Source: a virus
Taxonomy: Duplodnaviria; Caudoviricetes
Reading direction: 5' to 3' (one strand)
Virus record (IMG/VR): IMGVR_UViG_3300025781_000045
Coordinates: 1-28,613 of that record
Length of the DNA stretch: 28,613 nt
The first letter of the stretch is position 1; each line of letters begins with the position of its first letter. Both the position numbers and the translations under genes were made by a program. Below are positions 7,601 to 16,013 of the stretch, piece by piece. The notes below the pieces were generated by a model that saw nothing but the letters and a program-made list of their open reading frames with translations, was not told the origin of the DNA and searched no databases.

Positions 7601-8546
7601 TTTAGACTTAATTGAAAGAAATGAACTTAATATGAATTCTAAGGGAGGAACTGAACTCCTACAAGAAAGACTATATGATGGCTCAGTGCCTCGTGAACTT
7701 CTAGAACAATTTCAAATTGTTTTTTCTAGAGTCAGAGAATTAGACGCTAATAAGAAAAAGATTTTTTATGCTCATGATCTTCCTGAAGATCCAGAATCTT
7801 CACGTTTAAGTGATCCTATGTTTCGAAAGAAGTTTGAAAAGTTTGTATTTGTCAGTAATTGGCAAATGGAACAATACGCAGAAAAGCGTGGTGTAGAATA
7901 TAGTAGATCTATGGTTATTAAAAATTCTATTAATCCAATTGATACTTCTAATCGTACTAAGAGTGATAAAATTCGATTAATTTATCACTCGACTCCACAT
8001 CGTGGTCTTAATATTCTAATTCCAATCTATCTAAAGCTTTTAGAAACTAATCCTGATATTGAATTAGATGTATATTCATCATTCAAGCTATATGGATGGG
8101 AAGATCGTGATAATCAATATGAAGATCTTTTTGAGATTTGTAGAAATCATCCAAACATTAAATATCATGGTACTGCCACTAATGAAGAAGTTCGTCAAGC
8201 ACTATTAAATGCAGATATTTTTGCGTATCCTAGTATTTGGAAAGAAACTTCTTGTCTATGTCTAATTGAAGCTATGTCAGCCGGTCTGTTATGTATTCAT
8301 CCTAATCTAGCCGCATTACCAGAAACTGGTATGGGTCTAACTTGGATGTATCAATGGAGTGAAGATATCAATATTCATGCAAATAGTTTTTATCAAGTTC
8401 TAAATCAAGGTATTGAAGTTATGCGAAATCAAAGGGAAGCGATTGAAGCAGATCTTCATTTACAAAAAATTCAAGTAGATAGAGTACACAGTTGGAAAAA
8501 TAAATCATTCGAATGGACTGCTCTATTAAATTCACTAACAAAGTAA
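7593..8546 (+). CDS. GT-B (GT4-like) glycosyltransferase
   Basis: GGTE, FVSNWQ, YHSTPHRGL, YPS-x-WKETSCL-x-LIEAMSAG; start reassigned to ATG 7593. Confidence 0.88.
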   Translation: MSNLDLIERNELNMNSKGGTELLQERLYDGSVPRELLEQFQIVFSRVRELDANKKKIFYAHDLPEDPESSRLSDPMFRKKFEKFVFVSNWQMEQYAEKRGVEYSRSMVIKNSINPIDTSNRTKSDKIRLIYHSTPHRGLNILIPIYLKLLETNPDIELDVYSSFKLYGWEDRDNQYEDLFEICRNHPNIKYHGTATNEEVRQALLNADIFAYPSIWKETSCLCLIEAMSAGLLCIHPNLAALPETGMGLTWMYQWSEDINIHANSFYQVLNQGIEVMRNQREAIEADLHLQKIQVDRVHSWKNKSFEWTALLNSLTK

Positions 8547-8555
8547 GGAGATAGA

Positions 8556-8909
8556 ATGCAAAATACGGTTCCATCTAGTGATGCAAGTGTTGAATCTAAT
8601 ATAATTCAATTTCCCATTAATAATAAAAATTTTTTAAATTCTGCATCATTAGAAGAACTTATGGAGCAAGCTACTCAAAATAGAATCGACTTTGTGGATT
8701 TTGTTGTTGGCGATGTTATGGAAGAGCTTTTCTATAAACTTAATATGATTGGTTTCCATTTTGATGATGACATTTACACAAAAGATGCTGTTTTTGTATC
8801 AGAAGCTCTTAAGTCTCTTATGTTAAAAACTATGGGTATAGACCACGGCATGCAAATTGCTGCAGAAAAACTTATCGATTTTAAGTCAGATTCTGAAAAT
8901 ATTGATTGA
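8556..8909 (+). CDS. Conserved hypothetical protein
   Basis: NIIQFP motif, AAGGAG RBS, typical position upstream of rnh. Confidence 0.75.
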   Translation: MQNTVPSSDASVESNIIQFPINNKNFLNSASLEELMEQATQNRIDFVDFVVGDVMEELFYKLNMIGFHFDDDIYTKDAVFVSEALKSLMLKTMGIDHGMQIAAEKLIDFKSDSENID

Positions 8910-8933
8910 CATTTATTGCATAATGTATATAAT
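8906..8933 (+). promoter_or_regulatory. Sigma70-type promoter
   Basis: TTGACA-16 nt-TATAAT. Confidence 0.65.
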
Positions 8934-8962
8934 TAGATTATGAAACAAATTGAGGTATTATT

Positions 8963-9808
8963 GTGATAATTGTTGATTTTTCTCAGATTATGATTTCTAC
9001 GCTGATGTCTCAGATTGGTAATCATAAAAATATTAAGATTGAAGAAGATATTGTAAGGCATATGGTCCTAAATGCTATTAGGTCTCATAAAGTACGTTTT
9101 GGAAAAGATTATGGTGAAGTCATCATTGCTTGTGATGATAAACACTATTGGCGTAAAGAAATTTATCCATATTATAAAGCCAATCGTAAAAAAGATCGAG
9201 ATACCTCCGAGCTTGATTGGAATGCTCTTTTTGAAATCCTGAATAAGATTCGTCAGGAAATGAAAGATCATATGCCTTATAAGGTAATTCAAGTTGAGCA
9301 TGCTGAAGCAGATGATATTATTGCTACTCTAGTTAAGGAATATGCTTATCTAGAAAAAATCCTAATCCTTTCAGGAGATAAAGATTTTGCTCAACTTCAA
9401 AAATATCCAAATGTTAAGCAATATAGCCCAACTCTCAAGAAGTTTATTTCTTGTGATAATCCTGATCTATTTCTAAAAGAACATATTATTCGAGGAGATT
9501 CTGGAGACGGTATTCCAAATTTCTTATCGCCAGATAATGCCTTTGTAATGGGCATTAGACAAACTCCTATTACATCAAAAAAACTAGAAACCTGGATTCT
9601 ACAAGAACCAGAAAAGTTTTGTGATGAAAATATGCTTAGAAATTATAAGCGCAATCAGCAATTGATTGATCTAGAATATATTCCTGATAATATTTCTAAT
9701 CAAATTTTAGAGCAATATGCTGATCAAAAGAAAGATCGCAGTAAATTGTTTAATTATTTTGTTTCGTATAAACTCAAGAATTTGATGGAGTGCATCAATG
9801 ACTTCTAA
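8963..9808 (+). CDS. rnh: T4-type RNase H (5'-3' exonuclease/FEN family)
   Basis: IVDFSQ, YWRK-x-x-YPYYKANR, EADDII, SGDKDF-x-QL, GDSGDGIPN. Confidence 0.95.
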   Translation: MIIVDFSQIMISTLMSQIGNHKNIKIEEDIVRHMVLNAIRSHKVRFGKDYGEVIIACDDKHYWRKEIYPYYKANRKKDRDTSELDWNALFEILNKIRQEMKDHMPYKVIQVEHAEADDIIATLVKEYAYLEKILILSGDKDFAQLQKYPNVKQYSPTLKKFISCDNPDLFLKEHIIRGDSGDGIPNFLSPDNAFVMGIRQTPITSKKLETWILQEPEKFCDENMLRNYKRNQQLIDLEYIPDNISNQILEQYADQKKDRSKLFNYFVSYKLKNLMECINDF

Positions 9809-9971
9809 TGATCAACGTCGTGCAGCCGCTCTATGGCATATGATATATCCACAAACTAATTTTTATAGCACTCATAGTGATACTCAACGCAAATGGATTA
9901 GATTCGCAAAAGAATCAAAAAAATATTTTTTAAAGGAAATTGGAGAAGAACATGCAGCTAGGTATTTCTGA
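9798..9971 (+). CDS. Hypothetical protein (57 aa, not in the ORF track)
   Basis: GGAG RBS; MTSNDQRRAAALWHMIYPQTNFY...RKWIRFAKE; fills the gap. Confidence 0.6.
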   Translation: MTSNDQRRAAALWHMIYPQTNFYSTHSDTQRKWIRFAKESKKYFLKEIGEEHAARYF

Positions 9972-10503
9972 AATTTTTGATAAGATTGATGCACAAGAAG
10001 ATAGGGCCATTAGACAAAATATGCTGGCTGGATGCTCTCAAAATCAAGGTGTTATGTCCATTTTGAAGTTAGCATATGATCCTAATATCGTATTCAATCT
10101 TCCTGCAGGCACTCCTCCATATAAGCCTTGCCAATATGGAGATCAACAATCAATGCTATATCAAAGCCTTAGAAAGATGTATCTCTTTATTGGTGAAGGA
10201 AATCCTAATATTAATCAACTAAAACGAGAAACACTTTTTATAAATATGATTGAGGCTCTTGATCCTGCCGATGCAAAACTTATTCTATCAGTAAAAGATA
10301 AAAAGTTGCCATATACAAATATCGATGAGGATCTAGTACGAGATACTTTTCCAGAATTGCTTCCACCAAAAGTAGTAGTTGAAAAGCAAGAAATTGAGGC
10401 TTCTCAAAAGAAACTAATTGTAAAACCTACACCAAATACTTCTCAAAAGAAGCCAATTGTAAAAACTTCATTAAACACACAAAAAACTAAAACACCAGCT
10501 TAA
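9952..10503 (+). CDS. Conserved T4-like hypothetical protein (DUF6433-like)
   Basis: YDPNI-x-FNLP-x-G-x-PPYKP, KRE-x-LFI-x-MIE-x-L; GGAG RBS before ATG 9952. Confidence 0.8.
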   Translation: MQLGISEIFDKIDAQEDRAIRQNMLAGCSQNQGVMSILKLAYDPNIVFNLPAGTPPYKPCQYGDQQSMLYQSLRKMYLFIGEGNPNINQLKRETLFINMIEALDPADAKLILSVKDKKLPYTNIDEDLVRDTFPELLPPKVVVEKQEIEASQKKLIVKPTPNTSQKKPIVKTSLNTQKTKTPA

Positions 10504-10523
10504 AGGATAGGACTAACACAGAA

Positions 10524-10706
10524 ATGAGCAAGAGTAAGAAAGCAAATAAGTATTATGATGATTATAATGAAGATGATTATGATTCTTATAGTTATGAAGA
10601 ATATAGAGAACGAAAGAAAAATAAAAGGCTCACTTCTGCGTTAAAAAAGAAAAATGTTGATGACATCATTCGCCTATCAGATGAAGATTATGAAGATTAT
10701 GAATAA
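10524..10706 (+). CDS. Small charged hypothetical protein
   Basis: ORF with AGGA RBS; D/E/Y/K-rich. Confidence 0.7.
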   Translation: MSKSKKANKYYDDYNEDDYDSYSYEEYRERKKNKRLTSALKKKNVDDIIRLSDEDYEDYE

Positions 10707-10720
10707 TAAGGATTAAATTT

Positions 10721-11083
10721 ATGTCATATTGGGGATATCATTTGCTCTTAGATTGTAGTGGTTGTGATAAGAATACCATTACTGATCGAGGTATTTTAGA
10801 ACTTTGGGTTAAAACTTTGGTTAAGCGTATTGACATGGTTCCATACGGTGAACCTCAATTGCTTCATTTTGGTCACAATGAAGTTCATCTAGAAGGATGG
10901 ACAGTATTACAATTTATCGAAACATCAAATATTCTAGCACACTTTAATGATCATACTGGAGAAGGCTATATTGATGTCTTCTCGTGTAAAGAATTTGATA
11001 TTGATATGGCTGTACAAACTGTAGATGAATTTTTTGCACCAAAAAAGATTCGTAAGACATTTATTACACGTCAAGCTGATTAA
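10721..11083 (+). CDS. speD: Pyruvoyl-dependent S-adenosylmethionine decarboxylase family protein
   Basis: WGYHLLLD, IETSNI (E-T/S self-cleavage site), YIDVFSCKEFD. Confidence 0.85.
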   Translation: MSYWGYHLLLDCSGCDKNTITDRGILELWVKTLVKRIDMVPYGEPQLLHFGHNEVHLEGWTVLQFIETSNILAHFNDHTGEGYIDVFSCKEFDIDMAVQTVDEFFAPKKIRKTFITRQAD

Positions 11084-11085
11084 AA

Positions 11086-11247
11086 ATGATTTTCAAATTC
11101 GATAAACATCAAATAAAAGATATAATCGATGTTTATATGGGTGCTATTGAAAGAATTTCATATCCTAATATATTTAGAGCTTATTGGGATAAAGAAGATT
11201 TTATTATAGAAGTGTTTCATAAGATAAATACTTCAGAGGAGTCATAA
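11086..11247 (+). CDS. Hypothetical protein (53 aa, not in the ORF track)
   Basis: MIFKFDKHQIKDIIDVYMG...; fills the gap, TAATG-coupled to the next gene. Confidence 0.55.
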   Translation: MIFKFDKHQIKDIIDVYMGAIERISYPNIFRAYWDKEDFIIEVFHKINTSEES

Positions 11248-11558
11248 TGCCAATTTATACATTCCGAAATAATAATACTAATGAAGAATGGGATGACTTT
11301 ATGTCTATTTCATCGGCAGATGATTTTCTAGAACAAAATCCGCATATTGAAAAAGTGCCAGTTGCTATTAATTTCGTTGGCGGAACAGGTGATCGTATTA
11401 AGCCAGATTCTGGTATGAAAGACGTCTTCTCAAGAATAGCAGAAGCTAATCCTACGACTCCAATAGCAGAAAGATACGGATCAAAAGGAATCAAAGAAAC
11501 CAAGACCCGCGAAGCTATGAATAAAATTCGCACAAAATTGGGTGGGTCGATGGTATAA
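11247..11558 (+). CDS. FmdB-like putative regulator (Cys-less)
   Basis: MPIYTF-x-N-x-x-T-x-E, FLEQNPHI; usual position before phoH. Confidence 0.7.
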   Translation: MPIYTFRNNNTNEEWDDFMSISSADDFLEQNPHIEKVPVAINFVGGTGDRIKPDSGMKDVFSRIAEANPTTPIAERYGSKGIKETKTREAMNKIRTKLGGSMV

Positions 11559-11602
11559 TATTATGTGTGGGTGAGACTATAACTCAAACTTAAAGGAAAC
11601 CC

Positions 11603-12403
11603 ATGGCTACTAATAGACCTTCTAGAAGAGAGCGTAGACTTAATAAACAATCAGAAAATAGACAGGAAGAACAATATCAAAGCAATTTCAAATTAGTCGA
11701 TATATCACCTAAAACAGATAATCAAAGATTGGCATTTGAATTATACGATAAACAACAAAATTTACTATTACATGGTGTACCAGGTAGTGGTAAAAGCTTT
11801 ATTAGCTTATTCCTAGCATTAGAAGATGTTTTTTCTCGCAATTCTCCATATGAGAAGGTATTCATTATTAGAAGCGCTCAAGCATCAAAAGGTATTGGAT
11901 TTTTACCTGGAACAGCTAAGCAAAAAATGGAAGTATTTGAAGCACCATATATTTCAATATGCTCTAAACTCTTTAATCGTGGAGATGCTTATTCTATTTT
12001 AAAACAAAAAGGATTGATAGAATTTGAATCTACTTCATTCCTTCGTGGTACAACTATAGATAATGCAGTCATCATTCTAGATGAGATTCAGAATCTTTCT
12101 TTTCAAGAACAAAAGACAGTCCTAACACGTATTGGACAAGATTCAAGACTCATCATGTGCGGTGACTTAAATCAAGATGATCTTACTAGCGAACGCTACA
12201 ATGAAGAGTCTGGATTAAAGAAAATGATGAAAATTTTAAATAAGATTCCATCAGTTTCCACTGTAGAATTCTCAGTGGAAGATATTGTTCGTTCCGGCTT
12301 TGTTCGTGAATTTGTATTGGCAGAACTAGATTCTTGGGGATATTTTAATCGTGATACAACAGCAGTTCGTCCATTACAACAAACCCCTACTTTCTCTCAA
12401 TAG
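11603..12403 (+). CDS. phoH: PhoH-like ATPase
   Basis: GVPGSGKS, IGFLPG, FLRGTT, ILDEIQN, TRIG, GDLNQDD, DIVRSG. Confidence 0.95.
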   Translation: MATNRPSRRERRLNKQSENRQEEQYQSNFKLVDISPKTDNQRLAFELYDKQQNLLLHGVPGSGKSFISLFLALEDVFSRNSPYEKVFIIRSAQASKGIGFLPGTAKQKMEVFEAPYISICSKLFNRGDAYSILKQKGLIEFESTSFLRGTTIDNAVIILDEIQNLSFQEQKTVLTRIGQDSRLIMCGDLNQDDLTSERYNEESGLKKMMKILNKIPSVSTVEFSVEDIVRSGFVREFVLAELDSWGYFNRDTTAVRPLQQTPTFSQ

Positions 12404-13043
12404 AGAAGACACTGACGCTGGGCGTTTCTATGTCCTACCAAATGGAAATAGAATGCCCAGCGTTACCAGTGTATTAGGCTGGCAAAAAAAAGATAGTCTA
12501 ATAGAATGGCGTAAAAAGGTTGGTGAAGAAAAAGCTAATGAGATATCAACTAAAGCATCTAAACGTGGAACAAAACTTCATAATTTAATTGAAGATTATC
12601 TTAATAATAAAGAAATAGATTTTAAACAATTAGATATTGGAACTATAGATCTATTTAAATCTATTAAAACGGTTTTAGATGAAATTGAAGAAATTTATGG
12701 AATCGAAACTCCTCTATTTTCAGAATATTTAGGCGTAGCTGGTACATGTGATTGCATAGCTAAATTTCGAAATAAACGATATATATTAGATTGGAAGACT
12801 TCAAATAGACCGAAAAAAGAAGAATGGATTGATAATTATTTTATGCAAACTGCATGCTATGCAGTAATGTATGAAGAAATGACAGGTATTCCAATTTCTA
12901 ATCTTGGAATATTAATAGCCGTAGATAATGATAGTTGTCAATTCTTTCAAAAGAAAAGAGATGAATGGATTGATAAAGCTATAAATATTATCAATAGTTA
13001 TTACGATTATCACGGATTAAAAAGATATGGAAGATCAATCTGA
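12351..13043 (+). CDS. PD-(D/E)XK exonuclease (Cas4-like phage exonuclease)
   Basis: PSVTSVL, RGTKLH, AGTCD, DWKTS, YFMQ-x-x-x-YA. Confidence 0.9.
   Translation: MIQQQFVHYNKPLLSLNREDTDAGRFYVLPNGNRMPSVTSVLGWQKKDSLIEWRKKVGEEKANEISTKASKRGTKLHNLIEDYLNNKEIDFKQLDIGTIDLFKSIKTVLDEIEEIYGIETPLFSEYLGVAGTCDCIAKFRNKRYILDWKTSNRPKKEEWIDNYFMQTACYAVMYEEMTGIPISNLGILIAVDNDSCQFFQKKRDEWIDKAINIINSYYDYHGLKRYGRSI
12980..12987 (+). promoter_or_regulatory. Possible late promoter for the endolysin
   Basis: TATAAATA inside the exonuclease 3' end, upstream of ORF 13027 and the M15 peptidase. Confidence 0.45.
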
Positions 13044-13212
13044 AAAATATATCAAAAAATATCTGATAGCGTATATAAATCCTAATACCAAAGAAACTGA
13101 AATAATTAATTTGCATAGCACAACTTTAAGAGATGCTATGACTATATCTAGTTGTATGTTTGGTAAATTTGGACCAAAGCATCTTTTTTATAAAAAAGTT
13201 CAAATAGAATAA
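13027..13212 (+). CDS. Hypothetical protein
   Basis: ORF filling the gap between exonuclease and peptidase. Confidence 0.55.
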   Translation: MEDQSEKYIKKYLIAYINPNTKETEIINLHSTTLRDAMTISSCMFGKFGPKHLFYKKVQIE

Positions 13213-13223
13213 TAGGAGATATT

Positions 13224-13682
13224 ATGTCTAATTTTTTTACAGAAGTTATTATGAAGAGTCCACTATTACATACAACTAATAGAGTTAATGATCTTAATAT
13301 GTTGGCTCCAACCTTTAGAACTAAGGTAGAAGCTTTATTGGCAGAATCTGAAAAAAATAATATGCCTCTAATGGTTTTAGAAACTTTTAGAAGTCGCGAA
13401 AGACAATTGCAATTATATGAAGCAAAAGCCACAAAACTAAAAACCGTTGGTGTACATTTTTATGGTTTAGCTGCAGATATTGTCAAATGTGTCAATGGAG
13501 AACCTTCTTTCAAAGGAGATTTTTCTTTCCTTGGTAAATTAGCTAAGGAGCACGGGCTTATATGGGGAGGTGACTGGGGTGAACCAGATAAACCACATTC
13601 ATTTAGAGATATGGACCATGTTCAACTTATTTCTGTAGCCGATCAACATAAATTATTTGCAGGAACATGGTATCCTAGTTGA
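13224..13682 (+). CDS. M15 family peptidase (L-Ala-D-Glu peptidase-type endolysin)
   Basis: ETFRS-x-ERQ-x-x-LY, H-x-YGLAAD, WGGDW, DMDHVQL. Confidence 0.9.
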   Translation: MSNFFTEVIMKSPLLHTTNRVNDLNMLAPTFRTKVEALLAESEKNNMPLMVLETFRSRERQLQLYEAKATKLKTVGVHFYGLAADIVKCVNGEPSFKGDFSFLGKLAKEHGLIWGGDWGEPDKPHSFRDMDHVQLISVADQHKLFAGTWYPS

Positions 13683-13706
13683 CATTAATTAAAGATATGA
13701 TATAAT
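13679..13706 (+). promoter_or_regulatory. Sigma70-type promoter
   Basis: TTGACA-16 nt-TATAAT. Confidence 0.7.
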
Positions 13707-13730
13707 ATGATTATACATGAGGAGCATAAA

Positions 13731-13901
13731 ATGAAACCAGAATTAGTTTTTGCCGATCGAAATGAAATGATTGAATTTTTATCATCTTGTCGGTATGATG
13801 ATTATGTGACATATTTTGATCCAATTAGAGGATGGATTGTGAATCTCAATGAACGATATGGAAGTAATGAACATTTTGTCGAAGATGGCCAAGGCATCTG
13901 A
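13731..13901 (+). CDS. Hypothetical protein
   Basis: GAGGAG RBS before ATG 13731. Confidence 0.65.
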   Translation: MKPELVFADRNEMIEFLSSCRYDDYVTYFDPIRGWIVNLNERYGSNEHFVEDGQGI

Positions 13902-14256
13902 ACCTTTCGCGAAGGTCCGGCTGGCCGCCGGACTCGTATATAAAAATGATATCATTGCTATTGGAACTAATAGAAATAAATCTCATCCTTTTCAAAAAAA
14001 ATATGCCTCTAATTCAGAGGCTATATTTTTGCATGCAGAAACAGATGCCATCTATAATGCTATTAAAAAATATAATGTAGATGTACTTTCAAAGTCTACT
14101 ATGTATGTATGCCGTATTAAGTGGAAAGATGAAAAAAAGAATCAACTTATATTTGGTCTAGCTAAACCATGTGTTGGTTGTCAAAGAGCTATTGCTACAT
14201 TTAATATCAAGCATGTGTGTTATTCTTTGGATGAAGAAGGAATCGATTATCTATGA
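13849..14256 (+). CDS. Cytidine/deoxycytidylate deaminase superfamily protein
   Basis: LHAE and KPCVGC zinc motifs. Confidence 0.85.
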   Translation: MNDMEVMNILSKMAKASEPFAKVRLAAGLVYKNDIIAIGTNRNKSHPFQKKYASNSEAIFLHAETDAIYNAIKKYNVDVLSKSTMYVCRIKWKDEKKNQLIFGLAKPCVGCQRAIATFNIKHVCYSLDEEGIDYL

Positions 14257-14537
14257 AATTGAAAACTTCAAAATTTTCATCATATACTAAGCATGGTGCT
14301 AATTGGCATTGTAAATGGCTTAGAGATACATTTAAATGGAATATTATCGAGTATCCAGAATACGATCAAAAAAAACAAAAGTGGTTTTATATTTTAGAAT
14401 ATAATGAAGATGATATGACTAATTCTTATGCAATAAGACAAGAAATAGAATTAGAAAAAGCTCATCAAAGAAAACTTGAAGTTAAACCTGAAATAGTGAT
14501 TCCTAAAAAAGTAAAAAAGAATAAAAAATCTATTTGA
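14253..14537 (+). CDS. Hypothetical protein
   Basis: ATGA overlap with the deaminase. Confidence 0.7.
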   Translation: MKLKTSKFSSYTKHGANWHCKWLRDTFKWNIIEYPEYDQKKQKWFYILEYNEDDMTNSYAIRQEIELEKAHQRKLEVKPEIVIPKKVKKNKKSI

Positions 14538-14562
14538 CATTTTTTATAAAATGTAATATTAT
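14534..14562 (+). promoter_or_regulatory. Sigma70-type promoter
   Basis: TTGACA-17 nt-TATTAT. Confidence 0.6.
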
Positions 14563-14585
14563 TGATTATAATCAAAGGATATATT

Positions 14586-15020
14586 ATGACACAACCAACT
14601 AATAAAATTACTCAATTATTAGATAGTCCAGAATGGCAAGAATTGACTCGTTTACAAATGGAATGGGAAGAAGAATATAATCGTGAGCAAGATGAAAAAT
14701 GGAATGCTTTAGATTATGATACAAAGCTTTCAATGTTTTATTCTGTAGTTAAGCGAATTGTTAAAGGTGAGCTTAAAGATTGCGGTTCTTATCGCACAGT
14801 ATTATATGATACTTTTGGTTTTGATAAAGATGCCTATGGTATTGGAATGCTGTGTGGATATATGGAATTGCATAATGCCATATACAATCAAGACGAATTT
14901 AAAGCACACGTTGAATATCTAATTAAAAAGAAAAATCAACATCCTGAAAATCTTATTTTTGATGAACGACCAGTAACTGAGTTTAGTGCTGGATTTGCTA
15001 TGGAGAAAAAGAATGACTAA
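14586..15020 (+). CDS. Conserved phage hypothetical protein
   Basis: GSYR-x-VLYD-x-FGF...GYMELHNAI; AAGGA RBS before ATG 14586. Confidence 0.75.
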   Translation: MTQPTNKITQLLDSPEWQELTRLQMEWEEEYNREQDEKWNALDYDTKLSMFYSVVKRIVKGELKDCGSYRTVLYDTFGFDKDAYGIGMLCGYMELHNAIYNQDEFKAHVEYLIKKKNQHPENLIFDERPVTEFSAGFAMEKKND

Positions 15021-15309
15021 ATATTTAGTTGAAACTATTGCTATTTTTCGTCATCGATACGTTGTTGAATCACAAGAAGAATCTCATGCTTTAGATGAAG
15101 TTATCATGAATATTTCAGGAGATTATAATGATGGTTGGCGTGAATTTTCACAAAAGTTTATTGATGAACACATTGTTTCATCGCGGCCATTGACAGAAAA
15201 AGAATATTATGATATTTTTGATAATGACAATGCGTATCTAAAATCTTTCTCAAAAGATCAAAAATTAGAATTTATTAATGTAATCAAATATGATTCAGAA
15301 AACACTTAA
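15013..15309 (+). CDS. Conserved phage hypothetical protein
   Basis: YLVETI-x-x-FR-x-RYVVE...EFSQ...DN-x-YL; GGAG RBS. Confidence 0.75.
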   Translation: MTKYLVETIAIFRHRYVVESQEESHALDEVIMNISGDYNDGWREFSQKFIDEHIVSSRPLTEKEYYDIFDNDNAYLKSFSKDQKLEFINVIKYDSENT

Positions 15310-15424
15310 GAGAATTTGGTGCACAATATTTCACTACAATCATTATAAAACTGTTGCATTATACAATAGATGTTTTAAAATGAAATGCACCAAATGTCAG
15401 TGTGAACATTTAATTGATGGATGA
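15290..15424 (+). CDS. Small Cys/His zinc-ribbon-like protein (44 aa, not in the ORF track)
   Basis: MIQKTLKRIWCTIFHYNHY...KCTKCQCEHLIDG; fills the gap. Confidence 0.55.
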   Translation: MIQKTLKRIWCTIFHYNHYKTVALYNRCFKMKCTKCQCEHLIDG

Positions 15425-15426
15425 CC

Positions 15427-15972
15427 ATGAATATCTTTTATGTTGATCAAGACCCAATTATTGCGGCAAGAAATTTAGTTGACAAGCATGTGGTTAAAAT
15501 GATTCTAGAAAGTGCTCAATTACTTTCTACAGCTCATCGTGTTATTGATGGTGCACCTATTGAAGTAACAGTAAAACATCCAGATACTGGAAAGCTTCGT
15601 AAAAAGAAAGTTTGGGTGCTTGGTGATAGCCGTAATGATATCATCTATAGCGCAACACATATTAATCACCCAAGTGCAATTTGGTGTCGTAAGTCTGTTG
15701 AAAATTATAATTGGCTAGTTGAGCATTTTTATGCTCTTATGGATGAATATACATATCGCTATGGTAAGATTCACAAGACATCTAAAATTGCTTATTATAT
15801 TCAATCACCTCCATATAATTTACGAGAATGGGATATGACTAAGATGCCATGTGCAATGGCTGATGAATATATTATTTCTGATGACTCTATAACAAATTAT
15901 CGTAACTATTACAAAACCGGTAAGCAACATCTACATGCATGGACTAAAAGAAATCCTCCTGATTGGATTTGA
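15427..15972 (+). CDS. Pyrimidine-dimer DNA glycosylase (DenV-like family)
   Basis: MNIFY, DKHVVKMILESAQLLSTAHR, THINHPS-x-x-W, EYTYRYGK-x-H. Confidence 0.85.
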   Translation: MNIFYVDQDPIIAARNLVDKHVVKMILESAQLLSTAHRVIDGAPIEVTVKHPDTGKLRKKKVWVLGDSRNDIIYSATHINHPSAIWCRKSVENYNWLVEHFYALMDEYTYRYGKIHKTSKIAYYIQSPPYNLREWDMTKMPCAMADEYIISDDSITNYRNYYKTGKQHLHAWTKRNPPDWI

Positions 15973-15980
15973 TATAAATA
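15973..15980 (+). promoter_or_regulatory. T4-type late promoter TATAAATA
   Basis: Exact consensus heading the 16014+ late gene run. Confidence 0.8.
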
Positions 15981-16013
15981 AATAGAAAATCTTCTATTAT
16001 ATCAAGGAATACT

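Noticed and set aside
10545-10706. GATGATTAT/GAAGATTAT short repeats
   Set aside because: They reflect D/E/Y low-complexity protein coding, not a DNA repeat element.
12351-13043. Cas4-like nuclease as a sign of CRISPR
   Set aside because: No repeat-spacer array or other cas genes are seen; the phoH-exonuclease pairing is ordinary in T4-like phages.
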